Source of the DNA: Ginkgo biloba
Taxonomy: Eukaryota > Plantae > Ginkgophyta
Length of the DNA stretch: 22,078 nt
Assembly (NCBI GenBank): GCA_024626585.2
Contig: JANKJI020000004.1
Coordinates: forward strand, 86,766,800-86,788,877
Direction of reading: 5' to 3'
Positions 11,583 through 20,918 of the stretch are shown here, piece after piece; position 1 is the stretch's first letter; every line of letters starts with the position of its first letter. The notes below the pieces were generated by a model. It was given only the letters and a program-made list of their open reading frames with translations. It made no database searches and was not told the DNA's origin. The position numbers and the translations under genes are program-made.

Positions 11583-13177
11583 TATAACAACAAGCATGCA
11601 TGAAATTAAATGTATCATAATACCATTATAATGGTCAAACATGCAAAATAACCCTTATGACTAAGGGTGCTCTACTTTTGGGATTCTATTCTACCCTTTA
11701 GCCAAACTTAGAACCCCATAAATTATGAATACTAAATAGAAATGTAATTTTGTCCTAGACTGCAAAAAAATAGTGCTGACATACATTCTAGAAAATAAAT
11801 ACTTAAAGTACTATGCAAGAAATACTTAATAAAAGTCATTAATTACCCGAAGGATTTGATGAATGGTACCTTCCAGAATGGAGAAACACTGTAGGACATC
11901 AAAGATAATCTCTAGAAAGTGCAACAACTAACTTGCAAAAGAAATTGGGCACACTACTAGTGTTGAAACAGGTCATTGGCCCTCCAGTAAAGGAACAACT
12001 CACGAAAAAGGTCCGTTGGGCCTCCCAATGTAGCAAAAATACCTCCTACTATCTCCAATCAAGTCGCCCTCACCCAAGGATCAGATTTGAGCAATTACTA
12101 TGTGCAAAATGGCAATAGAAGGCATTATACCTGAAGTTCCTCATACTCTAGCTGTGAAGAAAGTAGACAGTGCTGAAAAACAACAATTTGCTAGAGATTC
12201 TTTAGCTTGTATGCAAAAAAGTTTTCCAAGGAAATAGGATGCCTTAGCAAGAGAATATCACAAGTGTCTTGAGAGTTGTTTAAGCCAAACATGCCCCCTT
12301 ATATAACATAAACAAGGCGCAATACTCCACATAAGGGCTTGCCTTATCCTTTAAGCTTCCTTAATACCTTAAGGAGGCCTCTATGAGATCTCATTAGTTG
12401 AAATTACATTATGAGGGAAGGCGCCCCTAACTGAAACGTCTCCCAAGGCATTCCCCTCCTAAAACTCTCTCTCCTTATAACTTTATCTGGAGTGCTCATC
12501 ATCAACTTCACATTACATGCACAAGCATCTAATGATAACTTACGTTTATTCACACTCACTGAGACAAGATTTACATGGTTTTTCTGGCTTGTAACACTTA
12601 ACCGCCACATTTACTCTTAAAATCAGCTAAGGTTAACTTTCCTTCATACTTAGCCTCACTGCAATTTACCCACAAACCACCACATGTGATCACCTTCTCA
12701 ACTACAAGACATACCCTCAAAATCGACTAAGGGTAACTTTCCTTCATACTTTCCCTCAAACAGCATGTTACCCTCATACTGTCACTTGTGATCACCTCCT
12801 CAACTGCCATACTTGACCACCAAACTTACCTTTAAAATCGACCAAGGGTAATGTTCCTTCATGCTTGGCAGTTACCTTGTCTAGCAGTTGAGAAGGTGAT
12901 TTGGTTATTCAATTATTCAAACAAGGTTGCACAGGTCAAGGGGAAGAAACCAGAGTAACCAAGGAATTGATTGGAGAGCGGCTCATGTGCAGACAAAAGC
13001 AAAATTTTGGAACAAGAAAGGGTCGCCTCAGGAATTTAAAAATTTAATAAATAATTTTTATGGAAATTCTCCCCTAGAAGGTGCAACCACTTGTAAGGGG
13101 ATACCAATAAGTTCGGTCCCAGTGCCCTAGGACCAACTTTCCTTAATGGTATCCAAATATGTGTTTATGGCACAACA
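11583..13177 (-). mobile_element. ~1.6-kb LTR of an unrelated family interrupting RT
   Basis: Begins where RT stops (TATAACAAC, probably decayed TGT). Minus-strand TATATAAGGGGG at ~12295-12305, U3-like subrepeats, and minus-strand start TGTTGTGCC preceded by gaggga. Homologous to 19695-20574. No matching TSD. Confidence 0.65.
12619..12866. repeat. Three ~100-115-bp subrepeats within the LTR
   Basis: AAAATC..CYAAGGKTAA..TTCCTTCATRCTT starts at 12619, 12719 and 12834. Confidence 0.85.
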
Positions 13178-14134
13178 TCCCTCATATTTATTCACTCCAT
13201 ATTTTTAATTATTCATAGCATGAAAGAGGGAGAAGTTATTGACATAGGACACTTCTTCTTTGATTCAGTTGATAAAATCATAGATAGGTTGAAGAAAATC
13301 TAGAAGAAGGAACTAATACACNNNNNNNNNNNNNNNNNNNNNNNNNNNNNNNNNNNNNNNNNNNNNNNNNNNNNNNNNNNNNNNNNNNNNNNNNNNNNNN
13401 NNNNTTAATCCTACATCAATGCCACCTTAGTGATATAAAAGGTGATCTACTCCATTAATTGAAGCTATTCCAATAGAAGCAAATATTATGAGGGAAAAAC
13501 CAATTAGATTATAATAAATAGAATAAGAGATAGAGAAAGAGGAAGCTAGGTTTGTTTTCAAGGTTACATTGACAATGCTTTGAATCGCAAATGAGAAGTT
13601 AACCTAATAAAATNNNNNNNNNNNNNNNNNNNNNNNNNNNNNNNNNNNNNNNNNNNNNNNNNNNNNNNNNNNNNNNNNNNNNNNNNNNNNNNNNNNNNNN
13701 NNNNNNNNNNNNNTGTTGAGAGATCATCTAACGCATAAGCCCCTTCATTCATGCTCAATGATGAGACTCCAAAGCCAACAAGTGGATCCTCCTAGAGTAG
13801 GTTGATTCATTTGTTATACTGATCATTTATTTATCAAGCATGACATAGGTTCTATGGATTTTACTTAGAGAGGGTGTAACATAAACTCTTATGTTTAACT
13901 AGGCATTAATTATCAAGACTTGAAATATGGCATGGAAATGATCCTTGTTAAGAGTCCTCTGTAGAGGCTAGAATTAGAATGTGTCATGAACAAAACCAAT
14001 AGACTATGCAAAGATGTGAGGCAAAAAAGTGCACAAGATGCAATATCTTTATTTTTCTATCAGAAGTAGAACTATAAGGTTAAGCCTTGAATATTCACAT
14101 CACATATGAAACTAGTAAAAAATAGAAACCATAC

Positions 14135-14184
14135 CACTTTCATAAAACGCAACGCCTGTATTTGGATCCATGAGATAGGGGAAC
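14135..14184 (-). CDS. Next internal coding exon (50 bp) of the same 2xGST_N gene
   Basis: Minus strand: atatgcAG|G TTC CCC TAT CTC ATG GAT CCA AAT ACA GGC GTT GCG TTT TAT GAA AGT G|GTatgg. The split codon CA|G (Gln) joins in phase with the previous exon, giving QFPYLMDPNTGVAFYES(G), the GST_N cis-Pro loop and ES glutathione-binding motif. Confidence 0.92.
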
Positions 14185-14481
14185 CTGCATATTATTCATC
14201 CATATTTAACTCATTTTGGCATTATAGTTTCCATGGCATCACAAAATTTAAAATCTCATTGGTGTGAAATGCATTAGAGTCAAAAGTTGTACGAATTACC
14301 ATAAAACCCACACTTGTCTAACAAGCCCCTTATAAAATCGTAGGCGTTTCTCATCAAACTCTAGATAACACACTTCATAATTATTCTTCATCCAAACCAT
14401 ATATCTATTAAATTTTTAAGATGAAAAGATGTTTTATTTGCATAAAAAAAATATATGAACCAACATTCGAGGAGTACGCAC
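14185..14481 (-). other. 297-bp phase-2 GT-AG spliceosomal intron
   Basis: Donor GTGCGT and acceptor TGCAG; removing it restores a continuous conserved reading frame. Confidence 0.9.
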
Positions 14482-14549
14482 TGTTCCTTGCCACCGTATC
14501 TTTTGACCAACTCCCGATGTCTTAAAGAACCTTTGGGACAAGGGTAGAC
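14482..14549 (-). CDS. Internal coding exon (68 bp) of a 2xGST_N / GST2N thioredoxin-fold protein gene (At4g10000-like)
   Basis: Minus strand: long pyrimidine tract ...tttctcttttccacaatttgaatttgatgtAG|GTCTACCCTTGTCCC...GGCAAGGAACA|GTgcgt. Translates VYPCPKGSLRHRELVKRYGGKE+CA with no stops. As recalled, At4g10000 reads VYPCPKGSIRHRELVRRSGGKEMFPF. Confidence 0.92.
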
Positions 14550-14873
14550 CTACATCAAATTCAAATTGTGGAAAAGAGAAATGAGAAAAGTTGGCAAGAG
14601 AAAACGCAAAGCAAAAGCAATGTTATCATCAAATAATAACCAAAACGTACAAAGCAAAATATAAGGTGCTTTAGTAACTAATACAATACAAGAAGAAATA
14701 ATTACTATTAAATTTCTTTGATAACATGTGCTAATAAATATCCAATCTAACTTGAGAAATATTCTAAAATGGANNNNNNNNNNNNNNNNNNNNNNNNNNN
14801 NNNNNNNNNNNNNNNNNNNNNNNNNNNNNNNNNNNNNNNNNNNNNNNNNNNNNNNNNNNNNNNNNNNNNNNNN

Positions 14874-16519
14874 GACCATCCAACTTATTTCTCAAGTTGT
14901 CGACTTATGATACAAAATGAAACTATAGCATGACTAAGTAGGAAGCCTTGGGCATGATAATATTTGGTTTAGAAGTTTTGTCATTATTTGTTAGTCAATA
15001 CCTTTGTGTTCTTAGTGGACCATCAAGCTTTATTGTATTTGGTCAATAAAATAGTAAATCATGGAAGAATCAATTGATGGCTTTTATTATTGTAATAGTT
15101 CAACTTTCAAACGATGGTGAGGCTAGGCATGTCACATGTAGCAACAAACCATCTCTCCAGAATACAATCAAGAGAAGCTTCAATGGGGGTAATGGATGAT
15201 TTTTCCAAGGCACAATTATTTAGTGCAATAGTTGCCCCTGAGTGGTATCAAGGCATTACAGAGTATTTATTGACATGGACATTCCCAGAAACAATGCTTG
15301 GAAGCCAACAAAAGGTAACTTGCCAAAAATTTAGGTCCTTTTCAATTGATTAGACAAAATGGGCTTGGATCAAGTTTTACGACCATGCATCATGCTCAGC
15401 AAAGTGGAGAAGACAATCTAAGAGGCACATGCTAGTCCTTCCAAAGGTCACATCGGCCATGATGTAACAACCTATAAGATTTTGTTAGCAAGATTGTGGT
15501 GGCCTCGTGTCTTTCAAGACACTAAGTAATTTGTATAGAGGTTCCATATCTGCAAGCATACGAGAAAGCCATCAAAGAAAGACTTTATCTTTATGCCCTT
15601 GCATCCGACACTAGTGCAAGAATTTCTTAAACATTGGCGCTTGGATTTTGATGGTCCCTTCAAGCATCCATCTATGAGAGGTTAGTGCAAGTACATCATA
15701 GTAGCAATAGAATATTTAACGAGATGAGTGGAGGTACAAGCTCGGCCAAATAATTCCGCATAAAGCATTGCAGCATTTCTATAGGAATGCATCATCACAC
15801 AATTTGGTTGCCCCTTGAAACTGATAAGTGACAAAGGTGGTCATTTTGTAAATAATGTGATTTAGTATTTAAGAATAGAGTTCAAAATTTCACACTGAAA
15901 GTCAAGGTCATACTATCCACAAGCAAATAGCCAAGCAGAGGCAACAAAGAAAGTGTTGGTAGCGACACTCTATAAAACTTGTGGAGTAGATCAAAAGAAT
16001 TGGGCTGACAGACTACCAACAACATTGTAGTCATCCCACACGACCTGCAAGGTAACAACAAGACATACACCAACTATAATTCCCCTTGAATTAATCTTGA
16101 GTCTCTGAATAGCATTAGAAAACCATCTTGATGACAAGGCTAGTTTGCAAGCCAAACTAGATAAACTCCCATAATTGGATGAAAGACAATTGACGGCAAA
16201 ATAGGCAACATCAATTGCACAAAAGAGGCAGAAGCAATGGCATGACCAAGATCTTCACTGAAAAAACATTCATGTAGGATCTCAAGTGTTGTTGTATGAT
16301 GGAAAAGTAATGATAAAACCAGGTAAGTTGAAAATATGATGGCTAGGACCTTTTCTTGTTATTACCATTTTTTAAAATGGATTCATATAGTTAACAAACT
16401 TAGATGGAACAAAGTGGGATGGGCCTATGAATGGTTCAAAGCTAAAGTCATATCATCCACAACAAAAGACAAAGGAAGACGTCCCAATTGATTATATTTA
16501 TAAATACTTCAATGGCTAG
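14874..16519 (+). pseudogene. pol: Non-chromovirus Ty3/gypsy RNase H + integrase (zinc-binding, DDE and GPY/F regions)
   Basis: DHPTYF..NYSMTK*EALGM..KFCHYLL..VDHQALLYLVNK..NHLSRI; EAH..GH..LWWP; WRLDFDGP..LISDKGGHF..YYPQANSQAEA; PGKLKI*WLGPF..NGSKLKSY. Many in-frame stops; no chromodomain. Confidence 0.92.
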
Positions 16520-16652
16520 AAAAGTGTGTTTAGGAAACAATTTCAACACGAAAGATCATCTCGTCCTGGTTGGCAAGGTCCTAGGCAAAGAAAACCCATT
16601 GAAGGAAGATAAGCAAATCATCATTGAAACAACAAAAGACTTAGGCAAATTG

Positions 16653-16819
16653 GGCTCCGATAGCCAGACGATCTATCCTAAACGTTTTACCTTGGATGTC
16701 TAGATAGACCAGCTATGCTTGATTGGATTTCTATTAGGCTCCGATAACTAGACGATCTATCCTAGATGTCTTACCTTGGACATCTAAATGAACCAACTAT
16801 GCTTAATTAGATTTTATTA
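16653..16819 (+). repeat. 84-bp tandem duplication downstream of integrase
   Basis: Units start ggctccgata at 16653 and 16737; manual alignment gives 13 substitutions and 1 indel. Confidence 0.9.
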
Positions 16820-17689
16820 AGGGGTGGATAGGAGATTTTTTCTCTGTTCTGGCCAGGAGAACTTAAGCACAAAAGTTGTTTTCTGCTATAGCTACTTTCT
16901 GCATAGTTGAGCCCAATTCTTTGCATTTATAACAAGCTTCTAAAGGTTATTTCACCCAAGGAGTGCTCAGATCTCTTCTACAAGGCAAGGCGACCTCATT
17001 TAAAGGGTTAGGATGGACAAAGGAGGCACCGCATGGGCCTAATGAACCTCCAAGAGAAGTCACAACACTTTCTAGTTCATTGGTGGTCAATTCTACCTCA
17101 TTAATGTGCATTAAAAGTCAGTTTTGTGGTTGATTCTAAGTGTAGTCACACTTTTATGATCTATAGGTGCAGCTATGAAAACCAGTAGGGTTCTTCAGTC
17201 TAGAGTTATTTGTGTAGCTCTTGATTTTATCCAGGAGCCACAAAACGATTAATAAGGATGGATAGCTTCCTTGACTTACGGACTATCTTGATGCCAAAGA
17301 GGCCAGATTGGCCTGTGCTTAGCATCCTTGACCAAGTAGGGTTGAGAGGTGGACTCCAGCGGATCCATAATAACTGATGGGGGCTGACAATTGCATTTAT
17401 GCACCAAAGGTTTGGCTACCCATTCTATTCAAGTCCCGTACGTAGTCCCCATGGTCAACAAAGGGTGTTTGGACACCTTACTGCAAGGCGTCCCTATAAT
17501 AATCGTACCTATCCTATAAACCTAAAAAATGACACAAAAAATCTGTATAAATAAATAAATGTCTATTTATTTTATACTATTACTACATGCATAGTCAGAG
17601 CTCATTAAATATGGTTGTTTCGCTTTATTAAGACTTAATTGAAGTTACCTCACGTTATATTGCATTTTTCATTATTAATGTAGGTTTGT

Positions 17690-18829
17690 TGAGTTTATGT
17701 TTCCAGGTATAGAAGAGTCAATTGTAACATCCTATAAGGTTGCTGATGCCTTTACATATATCGAAGGGCAAATGGGAGAGTATCAATATGGATTTTGTGA
17801 TTTCTCTACCTCGAACTCAAAGACAACATGACCAAATTTTGGTGTTNNNNNNNNNNNNNNNNNNNNNNNNNNNNNNNNNNNNNNNNNNNNNNNNNNNNNN
17901 NNNNNNNNNNNNNNNNNNNNNNNNNNNNNNNNNNNNNNNNNNNNNNNNNNNNNNNNNNNNNNNNNNNNNNNNNNNNNNNNNNNNNNNNNNNNNNNNNNNN
18001 NNNNNNNNNNNNNNNNNNNNNNNNNNNNNNNNNNNNNNNNNNNNNNNNNNNNNNNNNNNNNNNNNNNNNNNNNNNNNNNNNNNNNNNNNNNNNNNNNNNN
18101 NNNNNNNNNNNNNNNNNNNNNNNNNNNNNNNNNNNNNNNNNNNNNNNNNNNNNNNNNNNNNNNNNNNNNNNNNNNNNNNNNNNNNNNNNNNNNNNNNNNN
18201 NNNNNNNNNNNNNNNNNNNNNNNNNNNNNNNNNNNNNNNNNNNNNNNNNNNNNNNNNNNNNNNNNNNNNNNNNNNNNNNNNNNNNNNNNNNNNNNNNNNN
18301 NNNNNNNNNNNNNNNNNNNNNNNNNNNNNNNNNNNNNNNNNNNNNNNNNNNNNNNNNNNNNNNNNNNNNNNNNNNNNNNNNNNNNNNNNNNNNNNNNNNN
18401 NGTGCTTATATGCAAACCAATATAGATTGCCAAGGTCTTTTGAGGTGGGGGATATGGTTTATTTCTAAGTGAATCCTAATGGTTCCTTGTCTATAGGATG
18501 TTGTGCTCAGCTCTCAACTTGGTATTGTAGATCATTCTGGGTGTTGGAAAAGATTAATGAGGCAACATACAGATTGCAGTTTCCAGCTCATGTGAAGATG
18601 CATCCAGTGTTTCATGTTAGATTTCTTAAGAAATCTTTGTCCAAGTATGAGAATAGTTTGACAAGCTATGTGGATGTATAAGAGGTTGAGAAAGAAGTGC
18701 ATGATCCGATTAGCATATTGGATGAGAGGGATTATTATGGAATGGTCAAATAATCCCTTTCAAGAAGCCACTTGAGAATCAATGGATTTTGTTTAAGAGG
18801 TTGGGCTCATTGACGAAAATGATCTTTGT
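17690..18829 (+). pseudogene. pol: Chromovirus integrase + chromodomain remnant (core lies in a 555-N gap)
   Basis: HPIRLLMPLHISKGKWESINMDFVISLPRT..; FEVGDMVY..YCRSF..TYRLQFP..MHPVFHVRFLKK; PISILD..WSNNPFQEAT*E, a chromodomain EATWE motif at 18743-18778. Confidence 0.9.
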
Positions 18830-18843
18830 AGGGTGGAGAGAGA
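18830..18843 (+). promoter_or_regulatory. Polypurine tract
   Basis: AGGGTGGAGAGAGA directly before TGTTACAACCC. Confidence 0.8.
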
Positions 18844-19434
18844 TGTTACAACCCAAGTAATCCAAATTAATCTCATCTCAAGTATTGTAAAAAAGGACAA
18901 CTTTTCCTTAAAAGACAGTACATGTGTTTTGCAATGATTGGTGAGTTCCATGGAGAACCTAAAGAAGAGAAAGAAGGCGACAAAGGGAAAGGCCCTAGAG
19001 GTGATTCAACATAGGGCGCCTCTAGTCAGATAGTGACATGTCATCTTAAAGACACAAAAGGTTCCTTGGGGCATGGGACAAATCTAGTCCTTATGTGGGA
19101 GAGTGTGCCTAGTTATTCATATATATGGAGATTGCTATGGGCTTTGGAAGCCCTATTATCATCACTCTTCTTCTTTGAGCAAGGTGCATCACTTCTCTCT
19201 TTTAGATTCTATCATTTTGATCTGATTCTGGCTAACCATAGAAGTTGATGTTCTTCTATGTTGTTTTTCTATATGTTATTAGAGCTAGGTTTCTTCAATT
19301 TATAGCATTGCTCTGGAGGCATTATGCACAAATAAATGGTCAAATTTGATCCTTAGGCCAAGACTCCTTCTATGGAGCATTGTCTACAAATAGTTCTTGT
19401 TGTTCAAGACTTTAGGAGGTCCAGAAGGGTGACA
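18844..19434 (+). mobile_element. 3' LTR of the chromovirus (right boundary uncertain)
   Basis: TG start after the PPT, TATA-like catatatat at ~19118, candidate end gggtgaCA at 19434. Confidence 0.55.
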
Positions 19435-19694
19435 TATGCCTTTCTAGAGCAGGGCGCTAATTTTCTAGTTGCATATTCTCTTATTCCAGACATTCTAAGA
19501 AAGGCACTCCAACTAGGGTGGCAAAGAGGATTTAATTTACCCGATAGAGGAGATTGATAGATTCAGCTAAAAGCATTCATCTAGGTAATTCTTCAATCCT
19601 ATTAATAGAGAAGGACTATTAAATGGAGCAAAACAACTTTTACTCATGAAAGAGGCGTAACTTGAGACAATGATCTTCTCATGGAAGGTAGAGA

Positions 19695-20574
19695 TGTTGC
19701 AGGCTACACAAACCAAGCAAATTTAACCTCGAGGAAAAAACTAAGGGAATTAGTTAATGAGTCTATAAGTGGATACACCTATTATTGGGGCTTACATCCT
19801 TTCTACAAGCATAATAAATCCAAAAATATAATTCTATTCTATACTTGCACAAACTTCATTAATTTATGTATTGTGGAAATGATAGAAGCGTTATTGCTCA
19901 AAGAATACTTACAGAAATAGAACCTTTCCTTGATAGAATGTCAAGAATGATGATCCAAAATACCTTCTTGATGCAAAATGCCTTAGGCCCTGCCTATGAG
20001 GGTGTAATGACTTGCTTCAAAGCGCAAACAAGGTGTAGTCCATCTGCAAAAACTAATAGCTGGGTAACTAGGGAAGTCTTGTGACTTGCTCAAGGGGTTC
20101 GTTGGGCTCTAGAATGTTGCAAAACTTAAAATAAGCACCTCCAAGGAGCTCACCTTCCCCCAAGGAAGAGATCTGAGCAATTGCCTTTTGAAATACTGAG
20201 CTGGAAATCATGATATAGCTAATGGCCTGGTTCCATATATGAAAGAAATAACATCATTAGAAAAAAAGTGACTTCTATGGTTAAAGTTCTTTAGTTGAAT
20301 GCAGGAAATAGTAGAGAGAGAGAGAGAGTGCCTTATGGAGAGGAATGATATCATGCGTTAGGCGTTGCTTAAGCCTAGACAAGCCCCTATTTATGCTATA
20401 AGTTGGGCACAATCCCCCACATAAGGGCTGAGCTTAACCTCGGGGCCGCCCTGTGCTCCAAGAAGCCCTTAGTGGCTCTTTGTTATATCAAATTATTCTG
20501 TGAAGGGAGGTGCCCTTTGTTGGAGCACCCTTGTGGCCCTTCTCTTCAATATTTTCTCTCTCTTCAACATTTTA
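19695..20574 (-). mobile_element. LTR fragment of the same family as 11583-13177
   Basis: gttcgttgggctctagaatgttgcaaaa ~ gtccgttgggcctcccaatgtagcaaaa; cccaaggaagagatctgagcaatt ~ cccaaggatcagatttgagcaatt; shared ccacataagggct. Minus-strand ATAAATAGGGG followed by a CT-rich tract. Confidence 0.7.
20313..20328. repeat. (AG)8 microsatellite inside the LTR
   Basis: agagagagagagagag seen directly. Confidence 0.9.
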
Positions 20575-20674
20575 NNNNNNNNNNNNNNNNNNNNNNNNNN
20601 NNNNNNNNNNNNNNNNNNNNNNNNNNNNNNNNNNNNNNNNNNNNNNNNNNNNNNNNNNNNNNNNNNNNNNNNNN

Positions 20675-20884
20675 GCATTGACAATTTTGCTAAAAGTGAC
20701 TACCTCCACATTCAAAACATTTAACTGGTGGCTTTTGTTGTCCTTTAGGTTTATCCCTAACTTTCCCCTTACCTCTATCCTGTGAGGGTTGCTAAGATGA
20801 CTGATTGTGGAAAAACATCGTCTTGCCAAAAGGATTTTTTCTAATTTGAAGAAGGGCATCTTGGAATCTGAGGAGTCTTTCCTG
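20675..20884 (-). pseudogene. gag: gag zinc-knuckle fragment (copy D), paralogous to 21166-21376
   Basis: QKPPVKCFECGGSHF*QNC; colinear with 21166-21376 but with many substitutions. Confidence 0.8.
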
Positions 20885-20918
20885 NNNNNNNNNNNNNNNN
20901 NNNNNNNNNNNNNNNNNN

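Noticed and set aside
12619-12866. Repeat-spacer pattern resembling CRISPR
   Set aside because: Only three degenerate units, the intervening sequences are homologous to each other, it lies inside a plant LTR, and there are no cas genes.
11583-13177. Clean solo LTR with TSD
   Set aside because: The flanks gaatt and tccct do not match, and RT does not resume after 13177.
17740-18472. Long ORFs of 214-242 aa, and other ORFs containing X runs
   Set aside because: Their length comes from reading through N-gaps; only the flanking integrase residues are real.
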